From assembly GCA_043228905.1 (NCBI GenBank), contig JBHGNT010000001.1:33108001-33172000 (forward strand): a stretch of 64,000 nt of DNA, read 5' to 3'. The notes below the pieces were generated by a model. It made no database searches. It was not told the DNA's origin and saw only the letters and a program-made list of their open reading frames with translations. Shown piece by piece: positions 25,006 to 39,493 of this stretch (the first letter of the stretch is position 1; every line of letters begins with the position of its first letter). The position numbers were made by a program, and so were the translations under genes. Origin of the DNA: Azolla caroliniana. Taxonomy: Eukaryota > Plantae > Polypodiophyta.

Positions 25006-28000
25006 AAACATTTTTACCAACTTTACATTGGGTTGCAACGAGGGTACAAAGATGAGATCTGTGCATTTAGATTTCAACTTATTTAACCTAGTGGTGGGCT
25101 AAGGAAGCATTTTGCACAAACTTTGGTCAATAGGGTCCATTTGGGATTCCATATCATCTTATATTCATATTTTCAAATGGTGCTTGCGATGCCCAACTAG
25201 CTTCAAATGACTTTGGTGAACTTTTATATGATCATTATGGTGAACTTGAGGTAAGCTATCAATTTAACAACGTAAGGTCTTGAGTTCATATGTTTATTTT
25301 TGTACATCTTTATTACAAAATTGAGAAACCCACCCCCTTTCTTTTATCATTCTCATACTCATCTCTCTCATCTCTTTCTTGTAAGAGTAGTAAATCTAAT
25401 AAGTTCAGAACATAACAATATACACTAAGATGCCATCCTCAATTGTACCTAAACGATATTTATGTTCTTATGACAAAGTGAACCCAAAGGAGGCATGGAA
25501 AGATATGAAAGAAAAAATTTCCCTAGTTGAAATCTTGACATATGTTGTATTATGTATATTTTTACATGAGGAACAAACATCCCATAAAAAGCAAGAAAAA
25601 GCTTCAAATGGCAAGGTTGGAAATATATTGTGAAGAGGAGACGAGTGAAGCAATTCATAATTTCAAGAACTTCAGGGTTGGGATGCCTAGTCGACACATT
25701 TGGAACACATGTCTAACTAGGACAATGGAAGTTGGCAACCCAATATTATGAATTTGTGAATACGTGCCAATTGAGCACATCCCAAAGTTAGGATATTAGA
25801 GTGATAATATGATATGCATGTGGGCGCGAAGTCTACTTATTCAATTGATGTTTGGGGAGATAGTACTTCAACACAATCATACAATAAAATAGATAAAATA
25901 CAAAACCTCAACTCTACATCATCATTTATGGGTTGCGAGCACAACCCAATGCTTGACAATGCTTCCAGAAACTGGAAAAAGGTCAGAAGCCCTTTAAAGA
26001 GTTTGCAAGTACATATTGAAAGTAAGGACAATGCCTTCAAGTCGTCTCCCCAAGGCCGCGTGGAATACTTAATGCTGACAAGAGAATACCAACAAAAGCA
26101 TATTTCTTTGATCCAATTGTATCAAAAATATTTGCAAATGGTTCAAGGATGACATGTTGAAGAGTGTTCAGATGTCCATTTAGAGGAAAGGGAATGGACA
26201 AGAGAATAGGAGTCCATGTTTTATTGAGCCACATTGGAGCCCTCTAAACAAAATGGTGAATAACCCAACATAGATTCGAGTTTGAGAAGTGTTTCAATTA
26301 CATTATTACTTTGAATTTGGAAATTTATCAAGGGTAGGTCACCAATGCCAAGCTCACATCCGAAAACTAAGCAAAGGGAGAAAGACTTGCCATAACACGA
26401 CATTAATCCACTAATTTAGTCCACCACTCAAGGATCCAAATTGTGAAATTCATACATAATCTTAGTTTTTCTATTTCGACCTTTACCTCTTCTTTTTGTT
26501 CTACCATTTTAAAAAACCCCTCCAACTCAACTAGCGTGAGTGTTGTTGTAAAGATTGGCAATGAAAATGTATCTTGGCTTAGGTTGATCAAAAAGTTCAA
26601 AAATCACACACTATATCACATACGTTGGAAAAGTCTACATTATTTATTATCTTCTTCACCAAATGATAAATTGCATTTACCCATGGGTGCCAGATCTCGT
26701 CATCTTGTTTGTGATCATTACCATCACTTCCATATGACTTAGCTCACATGCTCTTCAATGTGAGATGTAGTGTTCGGTTACTAATGGGGAGAATCATCGC
26801 TTGTGCCAAAGTTTTGATTTGAACAAGTTTGTGAGCATGAGTGTACCATATTTTACCATGATACCCGCCACTTATATTTTGCACATTTTTAGCTGTGACA
26901 TATGCTAAGATACCATTGTCTTATAGCCACAATGTGCAAAAATAAAAATTTGAGCTCGGTCAAATTTGAAGGCAATATAAAAATCTATCTACCTACCAAT
27001 CTATCATAAAAGAAATTTGAGCCAGTTAAGACCTACAAAAATGCAAGTGGAGGTTTGAGAAAATTGTAAAGAACCTTAGTCAATTTCCATTAGTTATCGT
27101 TGGCCATTGCATAACAAATCTAGCAAACAACATACGAAAGAGCAAAATAGGGTGTGTGGTAGCTGTTGTTAAACTTTGATTGAGCAACGTTCTGTGATTC
27201 ACACTTATAATGCATAAAGTTAATGGTTCATCATGTACTTCCCCCAACAACCATGCAACTAACCTTTGTAAATAATGGATTTTGAGCAACCATTGGTTGT
27301 CTCCATGTTACCTCTAAGAAAGTTTAAGTATACCCAACCCTAAACATTTATGATCCTAAAATTTGTATGCAAGTACCCTTCGTAAATAACGGGTTCCTGA
27401 AAAACGGATCTTTACCTCCATTATACGTATAAGGAAGTTTACTATAGCCAGACGAAAACATTTATGATCCAAAAAATTGTCTGACAATCAAAAGTGTCCA
27501 CTTTGTTGTCACGATAAAAATTCAGACACCATAGATAATTGTTGACGTCCCACATAAAGTCAATAAGGAACTCACCCAAATTTGTACACACTACATATTA
27601 CAATCAACAAGCTCAAACTAATAGGTGGCTTATGCCAAGAACATCTCTACGGAGTACAAATTTCATTCTTAGCCACAAGTAACATGAGAATTGTTTCATA
27701 CTTGCCTAGTTGTTGCAAGGTGGATGGTGCAACATTCTAGTCTCTACCATACAAAAGCTCATCATAAGAATATATTGTAATTGGCAGCATCAGAATAATA
27801 TAATGATGATACAAAGCATTTCTATATGCTTTACTAATGATTCTCCTGTTACCACTACGATTTAAGACTTTTCCCGATGAATATAATATTTTTTGCATGA
27901 GAGGCTATGAATACCTATCTATCTCATTGTGGTGGGAATGGGAACTCTATACCAACCTAGGTAATAGACATTGCTCCATCTCACTTACAAAAGCTCAGAA

Positions 28001-29118
28001 TTGTGTATTGAACAATAACATTACATTGATTTGTCACATATACAAATCATTTCTATTTGATTTGCTAAAGTTACCCTAGTGATTAAGTGATAGATCAGAA
28101 GCTCACCACATTGATATTATAAGACATTTTTAGACATTTGTGGCATGATGGTAGAAAAACACAAGTATTTTTCATTGTAAAATACAAAACATGGAAATAA
28201 CTTTTGAGACTCATATCTCATATAGCGACTTCTTAAGTATTCTTGATGGCATCTTCTTTTCCACACGAATACATAATTGTATCTTGCCATGGCAACCATT
28301 CTTTAAGCATAACAATTCTAACACAACCTCCAATTTTCCAGATTTGGTGTGGTCAGAGTGAATTAATTTGTTTTCTCACAATAATCAACGTGATCATCCT
28401 GCTAAATATCATGAAACACTCTTATATTCTCAATAATAATTCAACGTATTACCTCTAAATAAAGTCATATAAATTGTTGATTCTCACATTAAAACAAATA
28501 TCATGAGATATTTGTTATGCCATTAATTACAAATAATTGCCATTTCCCTCCAACATCAAACTGTAAGTCTCATGATTTCACTTTGCACTGATAATATAAT
28601 ATATTTGTTTCCCGATACATAAACAAAAAATATAGACCAGAGAAATTTTTTGCCACGACGAACCCTGAATTGCATACAAATTCCCACTGATGACTCCTCA
28701 TTTTTCATTCTCAGAATATGTACTTGACAAGTCATAGCATTTCTATCTCTTTGTGCAAATAATGAGTGGTTATGTGTGATCTGAAGATGAAGAATTACAT
28801 TTTGAAAGGCCCAATTAAGTTAGAACTCAACAAATTTTTGTTTTTTGTTTTTTCTTTTCGGGGGGGGGGGGGGGGGGGGAGGAGGGGGAATCCACACAGT
28901 AACTTGATGAAGAACCACATGAATGTGAGAGATGGGGAGAGAGAGAGAGAGAGAGAGGGATATAAGAGCATCATTCTAAAGAACCATTAAATGTGGTGAA
29001 TTATGATGAAGACGCAGCAGCAGCAGCAGCAGTAAGTATACATAAGCGTCAAGATTCGAGCAAGTCTGGTGGATTTCGGAACAGTGTGCAGAAGCCAACA
29101 TGGCAGATGTAGGGCTTG

Positions 29119-29592
29119 TTAATTGAGCATGTACGGGAAGTTGAACAGCATGAAGGGAGGAGGGAGAGGACAGCAGCTCATGTGAGCCAGAGAAGCAGTG
29201 CGACGATGGCTTTTATGAATCCATCGGAGCTTAGCTAATAAAGCCGATGATACTAGTACTGAATAAGAAGATGGCGATGGCGATGGCGAAGAAGATAAAT
29301 TTGGTGATGACAATGAAGAAGAAGAGGTAGTGATCAATGGCTCTTTCATCATCATCCCCTTGACATCTGAGTCATCACACGTTCTGATCTCTGAATCATG
29401 AGAAGAGTCATCATCTGTATAATTAGGGTTACTTATTAACACATTTCTACAGTGGAGTAAGACGTTGCTAAGCTTCCTAATCAAGGTGGGCAAGAACACT
29501 AATTTACTTCTATTACTACCGCATCTTCCTCCTCTTCTGCTGCTTCTTCGTCTCCTTCTTCTTATTCTTGTTCTCCACATAAAGACCTTCAT
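29119..29592 (-). CDS. Candidate orphan intronless protein, 157 aa (basic N-terminus, Ser-rich middle, C-terminal SCCPLPPPFMLFNFPYMLN)
   Basis: Uninterrupted ORF from the ATG at 29592 in a locally GC-richer island flanked by UTR-like microsatellites. No family recognised, and part of the ORF is low complexity. Confidence 0.4.
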   Translation of the reverse strand: MKVFMWRTRIRRRRRRSSRRGGRCGSNRSKLVFLPTLIRKLSNVLLHCRNVLISNPNYTDDDSSHDSEIRTCDDSDVKGMMMKEPLITTSSSSLSSPNLSSSPSPSPSSYSVLVSSALLAKLRWIHKSHRRTASLAHMSCCPLPPPFMLFNFPYMLN

Positions 29593-29649
29593 TCTTCTCA
29601 GTCTCACCTCAATACACGTTCACGTTCAATATATACACACACATCTAGA

Positions 29650-29821
29650 TGTATGTATGTAATATATAATTTAATGTATGTATGTATGTATGTAATATAA
29701 TGTTATGTATGTATGTATGTATGTATGTATGTATGTATGCATGTATGTATGTATGTATGTATGTATGTATGTATGTATGTATGCATGTATGCATGTATGC
29801 ATGTATGTATGTATGTATGTA
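29650..29821. repeat. (TATG)n tetranucleotide microsatellite, imperfect
   Basis: Directly visible. Confidence 0.95.
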
Positions 29822-32800
29822 TAAAGTGATTTTGTGGTGTCCCACTCTAGGATTTTGAGGGGTAGTTGAGAGAGAGAGAGAGAGACCCCATTAGGATTAC
29901 TAGTGTAAGGTTGTCATCCCATTTGTAACACCCAAGGTCTGTGTTGTCTTCGGGTTGGGGTCGGGAGTCATCCACTTAAACTTAGTAGAGATTCAAGACC
30001 CTTTTAATAATGGGAACCTAAATCCAGTTGAATTATGCATCGAATTCCCAATATGTTTCCAATGATGATACTTTCCTCGAAGGTTTGTGCACACTACATG
30101 TCAAGGAAAAAAACACGACCAATTCTTCTTGGACACTTACTAATCGAAATGCATGTTGTAATGTGCTACGCAAAAGGGCCGATGGCGTTGGGGTCAGAGG
30201 TGATGTGACATCTATATGGTACACATCTAGGGCATTTGATCAAATGTTGACCTAGTTCGTGTCAACTCAAGGTATAGTGTATTTTAACTCAGTAAAATTA
30301 TGAAAAAACTCATCTAGAAATCATTGCTCTTATCGAAGTCAATAAAACCTATATATCCCCGAAAATTCAATCATGATAACAAGATGGCAATCCCACCCAC
30401 GAGTAATTTTATTAGTTGGAAAGGGTTGTTCGTAATGAGCTCCCCCAATGCCATAAAGATCCTTGAGATTGTAATATTTAACATCGGGGCTTTTATATGT
30501 CATGATGTTTTATAACTTTTATGGAAATATGAGAGAAAGAGATTATTGGTTTTCGACAAACATTTAACACAACTTAATAGTATCATGAGCTCCTAAGTTT
30601 AAAATCTACTAATTGGACACCTAAAATATCAGTGTATAGTGTGAACCTTTCCAACATGATTATAGAGTCCCATTTATAGTGATGATACCCATGACAATGA
30701 CACTAAATGCTTGATAAGTAAAAACTCAATGTCGGTGATGTACCTTTCAAATGATCAAGATTGCAAGCTTGTAAACAAGGTAATAACTGGGAAGCATCAA
30801 AGTCAACAAAATATGGCTTATACCACATGATCCATTAAGAATGTGGATTCCAAACATGCCATGGATTGGGCTAATGCTTGATAATTATTGTCAATTGCAA
30901 CCTGCTTACAATATAAGCCAATTGCCTAAAATACGTATCCACTCTTCTTGGAGTTGGCTTCTTGTCACCTTCATACGAGTGAATATGGGTGTGGGGATAT
31001 AACTTTAACAGAGGGGTGAGCGAGACACAATCATATATTTTGAACATCCACAAGCGGCTAAGAGCTATCTATAAGAAAGGTGCAACGAGAAAGAGAAGTA
31101 TGGGAGTACTTTAATAAGGGAGAATAAAGTGGGATGTGGTAATACTTGTTTTATTTACGTCTCAAGGTGTAACCTACCTAGCACTAGGCCTATTTTTGGA
31201 GATAGGATACCTTTAAGAGGTAGATAGATAGAATTTATTATATTCATAGAGATATAGAGAGAAATAGATAGGGGAAGATTAAGTTTGTTACGATAGTGTT
31301 GAAGAATCATGCCCGCTACCTATTGTGATAAAACCCACATTTCTGCGAATACTAGTTTCCGTGCACCCTAGTTTGTTTTGTTTGCCAATTCCCTTCATTT
31401 AAAATACTAACATGAGCATCGGGGAACATGTACATTTTTGGGATGTGTAAAATCAACACATTGTCAAAATATTAGGTCATGAATAGTATCCAAAGTTGTT
31501 CGATTCGTTTTTTCTAATGCCATGTAGAGTTTCAAGAATACTTTTGGTGTACAAGCCAAACCTTTACGTGTTACAAAATGTTATGAAGTATAACAGATGG
31601 AGGGTGAAATGTTCATAGTTTACACGAATTATTGAGTATATGTGTTATGCTAATGATTGAATTGGGAATTGTTCTTGTATATATCGACATTGTATCAATA
31701 TGTGAACTATGCCCTCGAATAATTCGCAATCATTATTGAATGCAAAGTGTTGTTTTGATGATTGACTCGGGACATGTAATTGTACTTATCGACATGATAT
31801 TAACTTGTGAACGACGCAATGCCATCTCGAAGGATTCTTTTTTGGTTGCTTATTTGTCTTCAATGTAAATTTGTTGCCATCGTTCATAGTATGTGTCAAT
31901 TGTCTTCATGTTAAGGACATTCCACATGTATAAAATGCAGGCCTAATAACCAATCCGTTTAAAATAAAAGTGAGAACCTGGCATAGATATCAATCTTGTA
32001 TATTACCTAAGAAGCCTAACAAACCTAAACCCTAAACTATTTGGATTGCTCATGAGTGATTAATTTTCTTATTTGTTTAATGCAAGTAAAACTATTAAAC
32101 AACATGATACTACTAATGTATGTTGTAGTTCACACTATGCACCAATATACGATGGATCATCATTCCTATGCAAGAAACCATTAAACAATGCATTACCATA
32201 TCTTACGGAGGGGTGTTTATCCTTGTTAGAAAGGATGTGTGAATATGTACGAATCACGATACATCATAAAAAGGAGTTCCCAAACAGTAATAGGAAGCAT
32301 TTTCAACAAGATTGTGTGTATGCCTACAACTTACAATAACACCTAAGTTTCAAAGAACAAAATCAAAATGACATATTACATAACATATAAAAGTGAATTA
32401 AAACAAATCAACATTAATGTGCCAATTCCAGATGCACTTGCAATCTACCAATAGTATTTTCAAAGAAACGTAAATGCATAAACTTGCCTTGCCCTAGGGT
32501 GTCCAAATTCTTACACTTCGTAATAACCATTTCTATCAATTTTAAACATCGATGAGATTTCAAACAATCATTTTAAAAGTTTCTAATTTGTCTACGGTGT
32601 CCAAATTCTAAGTCTACATTGTGAGGTAGTTTTAAAGGACTTTATCAAAATAATGATCGAGTTTGTTATAATAATGTTTAGATAACATTTATAGTAATGG
32701 TATTTCCAACTTTGCTTTTTTTAACCCTTAAAGCACCAATTTTTAGGACCATTCCTCAAAACTTTATCACAAGGGATGTATAGGTAAGGTTTTCATTCAG

Positions 32801-33249
32801 CGTATTAAGGTTGTGCTAGACTCTAATGCTATGCAAATATATGAATTTGTTATTGATGGAGAATAAGTGCCTCAAAATCGATGTTTTCTGTATAAGTTAA
32901 TACATAGAGACACATGATTCCCCAAACTTAAAATGTAGTATGGTGGTTCTATGAGTTTATAGACAAACATTGAAGCCAACTCGAGGTTCAATAATGCTAC
33001 CCTCAATCCTAATCAATCTATAGACTATAGTTTCAACTTGAGGTTCCTTAATCATTATAAATATTCTTCTAAGATGCATTTCATCATGCAAGTGTGTTGC
33101 TTGCATGCACACATACACATAAAGTCAAAGCATGATCATACATTTTGTCTTGCTTATAATCATGTATTAATTATCAAACTTTATAAAACCATAGACACCC
33201 ATGAGCAACTAAACGTCCATTGATGTGATAGTTGGCACCACTACTTCCT

Positions 33250-34260
33250 CAATGGACTCCAACCCTCGTGATCTCTTGAAGGACCACAACAAAAGCTCTT
33301 TGTTTCACCACAAAGATTTCCATCATCTAGTTACATTCCGGAGAAGCTCATACTTTCTCTCTAATCACAATTTTAAAATTGGCACATCATCCAATTAAAC
33401 CCATAATTGTAAGGTTTATAAAGAAACGTAAGTGTACCACCACATAAATTACTACTACTACTAAATTATCCTAATTATGTAATGCCATTTTTGGTTTACC
33501 TTCCATTGAGCACATCACTTCAAATCCCCAATATGTCAAGACAAACTCATTGGTGGACATTTCAATAAAAGCTCTTGTATCATTGCCAATAACCATGAAT
33601 GAAACTTAAACAATTTGCAAAGTAGGGTGGATTTTGTTAATGATTCAACTAACACAATGTTTGCCTCATTAACCATATAGAATAGTGAATGCAATACACC
33701 CATACTGCCTTAGTCACATACTTCACCTTAGTTCTTGAGTCTTGAAACCTCAAGTTGACACTTTTCTTATGGAACCATGTGAAAACTAACTACATAAAAG
33801 ATTGTCCAAAATAAATGCATAATGCCTTAGTCATGCAAACAACTGTTTTGAAGCCTATATGGTACCACACACACACACACATTAAACAATTGAAAAATTA
33901 ACTTTACATAAAACCCAAACTTTATTATTCCCAAATGAAACCACCCAAATTTTGAGAAGGGCCAAGTAATCACATTGTTCTTCATGATTAATCCACTTGG
34001 GACAAAGCACCTTCAAGAAGGCATCATGGCTATTATTCATGAAGGTGGGCCACAATGCCCACTCACCACCCACACTTTCATATCGCACCCCGTCAACAAT
34101 CAACTATTTAGTTACGCTCACATTCATGCAAGTATAATGTGGCATAGAACATTCAATGAATATTTCCAAGAAATATGCATACATCTACTATCACAACATC
34201 ACCTTATTGGCAATTGCACACGAATGCAATAAACCACTCTACTCTCATGTCAATAATTCA
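33250..34260 (-). mobile_element. Very degenerate LTR retroelement (gypsy-like pol) debris
   Basis: Only faint RT/RNase H-like peptide fragments on the minus strand. Boundaries uncertain. Confidence 0.25.
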
Positions 34261-35612
34261 CCTCCTGTCACTAAGATTTCTCTATTGTTGTAAGAAGGCT
34301 TAGGATGAAAAAGTACAAACAAAGAGTGAAAGAAAAAGCACAATTGGGTGGTTATTGGTGATTCCACATAGAATATTTCATTGAGACTATACACAAAAAA
34401 TCAATAAATCATTACAACAGAATGTTCCCCCATAGATTATAAAAATAAATCAGTAAAAAGCATAAAGATTAACTTACCATGTTATGGACCATGCAAAGAT
34501 CTAAGTAACTAATATTTTTTTGCAAGAATGATTACCACGCTGGGACTTCTTACACAAGGTTAAGAAATTCCCAATTGCATGTTTCGGATATATCTAAAAG
34601 TTTATTTAACGGGTGATGAGATCTTAATTCAAAGAAACAACCAGTGTTTCAAATATTTTTACTTGATTCCTTTCATTTATGTCAGCAGAAAATGAGAAAC
34701 TCAAATACTGTGAACCACCATAACATAAGGTGATCGCTGCCGTCGATGAACAGTCACATGTCACCAAGCTCTTTTGCCACAAAATAAATAAGCAAATTTT
34801 ATTGAGTTTATAGTGGAAAGTTTCAGGGTATATCCACACATCTGCATACATATGTTGACAGAAAAGCCCTAGAAAACAGACTAATTGCAGTCTGTATGTT
34901 AAATGTATGATGCAACCTAACTATGTTTGTTCATTCACAGCAGCCATTTTGTTCACCACATTTACTAACGTCTCGTCAGCTAAGCATCAGTTACTTTTTG
35001 TTCTTATTTTTGGGTTTTAAGGATGATTCATCTTCTATATTTTCAAGCTTCTTTCAGTTTAGGGGATCAACCAAAATCTAAAGATTTGGTAGTATTTATG
35101 TATAAGACACCATAACAAGTTAGCTATGATAATCAGCTTTGCCATGATAAGACACAAAATATGGAAAGGAATTTTAATTCTCATCAGCTTGGTAAAGGTT
35201 GACATAATATGTTACAACATATTTTGTTTGACAAGTCTGGTATGCACTAACTTTGACCCAAGGTCAGGAACTGCCTTGGGGATTAAATTACAATGCCTTT
35301 GAAATTCTTGATTAAGGTGAGAATAACTGCTGGCAATTATGTTACATTGCTTCGCGTGCAGAGTATCAAAATTTGGAGCCATCTAAATGAAATTAAGAAA
35401 ATGGCTTACCAATTAATCTTTGATGCCAGTAAAATCGAGTACCCTGAAAAGGCCTGACAACTGACATGTCCTTTCTACAACTGATCAGCATTATGTTCAG
35501 CAGATGTATCCTTTGTACAGCTGATTAGTGTGGCATATTGATTCTTTTACCTCTCACAACTTAATTAAAGTCCAAATGGAAATTCTCTGCTCTGCGTAAC
35601 AAGGTAAGTTAT

Positions 35613-38600
35613 TCAAACATTGGCCAAGCCCGTGAACTGCTCTAAAGCTGTCTTTACACGATCCTGCAACCCACATAGGAACTCTGTTTTTCAAGTGGCT
35701 TTTGGGAAAGAAGAAAAATACGATCCATCAAGGGCATCGCACGACATGCCAATGCTGACCTTCACATCCATGCAAGGATCATGAACCATCCTTGACAGCT
35801 GTTGCTCTATACCAGCATCTCGAAGTCGGGCTACTCTAGTCACAGCACCAGAGCTATCAGGATAGCTCAAGTTCATGACACACCATACCGCAGCCACCCG
35901 GAGCTGTGGATTGCTCGCATCCTGAAGGAATCTCAATATAGGAGAAGTATTATTGCATCCAGAATTGGGAGCCACAAAACGCATGACCGATTCCTTATGG
36001 AACTCATTCCCAGCAGCAATATTGCTCAGCACATACACGCCCTGTTGTTCCTCAAATATCAGTTCAAAAATTAGCATGAATTGAGAATCTATAAATAACC
36101 TGCACTGATTACCTGAGTACAGACTTCTGCCCTTGAGGCAATACAAAGTTGCCTTTCAACAGCAGCAAGGATAAGACCATCTTCAGCAAATACTTGGTGT
36201 ACAGAATCCACACTCCCATACACAAGATTCCGCACAAATGCTAACGCTTGTTCTTCCACCATTTCCTCAGAATCTGGTTCAAAAACCACATGCATAGTAT
36301 TGACAATAGGTGTTAATAGTATTCAATCACATCCATACTCAAGCTGATCAAATTAGTTATACAACGTTCGCAAGAACTCGTCTAAAATACACCATGAAAA
36401 CCATTGAACTGTCACAAACAGGTATCTCAAGGCCTGAGGGATATCTAATCTCAGGATACATCTTTAAGTTTATGGTGCCTCATATAAAATTTTCATCAAC
36501 AGCATCCCTTAGGGTCTTCAAAACAGAGACAGAATGTGCATACAATACTCCAAGAAGAGTCTGAAGACACTGGAATCAAGGTACCTTGAATTAAGCTGAT
36601 CAATGTAGACACAGTTAACTCTGCCATTACTTTTTCCTTGACCGACATATCTGCTAAGTAGAGAAGATTTCTTAAAGCCCAAACAGCATTCAACCGTAAC
36701 ATTGAATCCATCGATCGGGCTAGCTGAATAAGCTGGTCAACACCCCCACATTGAAAAAACACGGACTTGTGAGGCGTGAAATCAAGCACGACATTACTGA
36801 CCGCACTCAGCGCAGCAATCTGCAGTACATTTCCTGTAAGTAAAACACATCAAAACTGACAAATGAGATCCGAAAACCATGTCTACTTCTAACCTGCACA
36901 AGAGGAGATGTGTCATCAAGGAGTTTGAAAAGTGCATATATAAGCCGCTCATCAGCCAAACTTGTACGCAGATTCTGTCCAAGTGGCAATCAGAGCATAT
37001 TAGAAAGAGTTAAAACAAAGAGAACAATAAGCTATAAACGAAACTAGTCGTAACCTTTACAGATCTGGATGTGCTTTTTATGCAGGTACATGCTGCCACT
37101 CTCACTCCTTCAGATGGATGAGATAGAGCAGAGATGATTGCAGTTTGTGTCTGTTCATGAGAAGATAAAAGTTCCATTAATCATTAACCTTAGTAAAGCA
37201 AGTTTTCTATCTTAGCTTACTGGCAGAAATAGTGGCAGCAATGACCATTCTCTTATGAATTAGATAATGGTTTTACTTGAGCTGACTGACCATAAACTAA
37301 ATACAGCAACAGATTCAGTGAGGGTAGAACAAAGCAAGTCTTTCAGCATACTAGAATGCAAGGCTTAAGAGATATGGGTATACTGAAACTGACCATAAAA
37401 TAAATAGCGCAAAACTTCAAGATGCACCTGAACTTTTCTTAATTTCCCCAAATGCCATTGGCAACCCCTAAAAGAGCAACTATATGTGCTATTCAAGCCA
37501 TGAAATGACAATTCATCCCCTTTTACTTATTCTGGGGGTTCACCAAGGGCATTCAGGAAATAACAAAAAACTTAGGAGAATTTGAGAAACATTGAAATTT
37601 TCGGGGCATTCTGGAGTTTTTGCCCAATAAATAATGCATCAGAATTCTTCATTGGAGATAGTATGATGCAATTTTAGACATATGCCTTAAGATGAAGTAA
37701 TATCAAGAAGAATGGGGCAAAGGCAGCATACAGTTTTGTCTGAATCTTGATCAAGCAACTGTCTTCGGCTATCTTCTAACCTTGAACACAGCTCCGCAAG
37801 TGCCATCAGAACACCCTCGAGTTGCTTTGCCGGAAGAGAACCCCTTTGCAACAAGCCACAAAGCTTCACAACGGCATCAAACTTATAAGCTGCTCTCTGG
37901 AGTTCTTCATTGTTCGCAACAATGTCTGCTAGTACCATAGGAGAATTTTCTCCCACTTGCCCAGACTCCTCAAGCAGTTTTACAACAACAGCCAGCATGC
38001 TTGCTCGTACCTCCCATTCTTGTGGATAAGAGTAAGGACATGCTCTGCTTATGTTCGCAAGGCACATACATGCAAGAAATCTTGTCCTCGGTGCTTTATC
38101 TTTGACAAACTTGATTATCGAGCCTAGTGCTTTGCCTTGATCCAGAGTTACAAGCCTCATTGAAATTTGGGGATTGTTCTTCACTAATGAAGCGAGCCCA
38201 TCAAGAGCCGCTTCTCTCTTCCTTACAGATTCTGAGAGAAGATTTGTTAATCTCTCCATAGCACCTTTATCTACCACAGCCTGTTGATGTTCTGGAGTCT
38301 CACAACATCTTGCCAGAATGTGGGCAGCAACCTCTGCAACACTTTCATTTCCATTATATAATAGAGCCAAGAGGTGCTCCATTCTTTGTCCAACCAACAT
38401 ATCATTCGTTGGGGCAATACTTGATTGAAATATCATCTTTAAAGTACGAGCACAAGCCTCAACTACCTGTTGCACACAGAAGTTGTGCATGAGATTGAGT
38501 TTTTATTAAAGAAAATCATATGCTAACAAAGAGAAGCTACAATAAACAAAAATGCAACAAAATGAAAAGCAGAATAGACCCAGTAAAATGCATATTTTAC

Positions 38601-39493
38601 AATTCTTAAACAAGGGAGACATCCAGAAGATACAACACAAACGATAACCCAAAAGCTACAAAATATTTGCATGGTAATAACACACTCTTCCTAATGCCAG
38701 CTCTATATACACAGTCATGTACTTCCTATAGACAAAGATATAGTAGCACTGCAACCATACCCATCAGAACGCACATCGATATCTATATACCAAAAGTACC
38801 GGTCATGTTAATCTCCCTAACTCACTCTCCCTGTCTCTCTGGTGATAATCTCCCAGTAATGTCACAATTTATACTTGACATTCACGAGAGTTAATAAGCA
38901 CATTCCATATAGCCTATCCTCGATGCAAAAATAATATGTACCACTAGTGAAAACCACCACATATGTAAAAATATATATTTACAGTTCTAGCAACTCATAA
39001 ATAAAACAAGCCTTGTTTTCTCCAAAAGACAACATTTTGAAAAGATGAGCGAGTACTTGAAGAAAGTGCACTTTACATGATCTTTTCTGCATGCAGTGAT
39101 TTGATGCAAGTCCGCATATGTAAAACAAAAACGCCTAAAAATATTTTTTTCGCAGCGGAGAGTAAAGCCAACCTTGTTATCTCCAAATGACAGCATTTTC
39201 AAGAGGTGGGGAATAACTCCACTATCGAGCACTGCTTTAACACCTGCTTCACTTCCACAAGCAAAGCTACCCACAGCTGCCGCTGATTGCACTAACAAGG
39301 GTGTTTCTGTATCAGTAGTTAAGATCTCAACTACGCGAGGCACTGCTCCAAGCTTGATGTAGGAGAGTTTCTTGGTCCTATTTCCTATTATCTGATTCTT
39401 CACATCCCGAAGTGCTTTCAGTCTCTCTGACGTATCGAGGGAGCTCAGATTCTCCACCAGATCTTCAGGCCTGCCCCATGTGGAGGCCGGCAT
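35613..39493 (-). CDS. ARMC8: Armadillo repeat-containing protein 8 (GID5/Vid28-like subunit of the CTLH/GID E3 ligase), 8 coding exons
   Basis: Exons approximately 39493-39173, 38466-37732, 37150-37055, 36974-36894, 36819-36585, 36273-36113, 36041-35760 and 35663-35613. Motifs LKALRDVKNQIIGNRTKKLSYIKLGAVP, LVQSAAAVGSFACG, SRSVKNLR, LDFTPHKS, LRLNAVWALRNL, EQALAFVRNL, YVLSNIAAGNEFHKE, LRVAAVWCVMNL. Confidence 0.92.

Noticed and set aside
25400-27300. Cluster of short ORFs
   Set aside because: They look like heavily decayed retroelement debris and are too degenerate to classify or call as genes.
29183-29205. miR408-like sequence (gcactgcttctctggc on the minus strand)
   Set aside because: Needs several indels to match miR408, and no convincing hairpin partner was seen.
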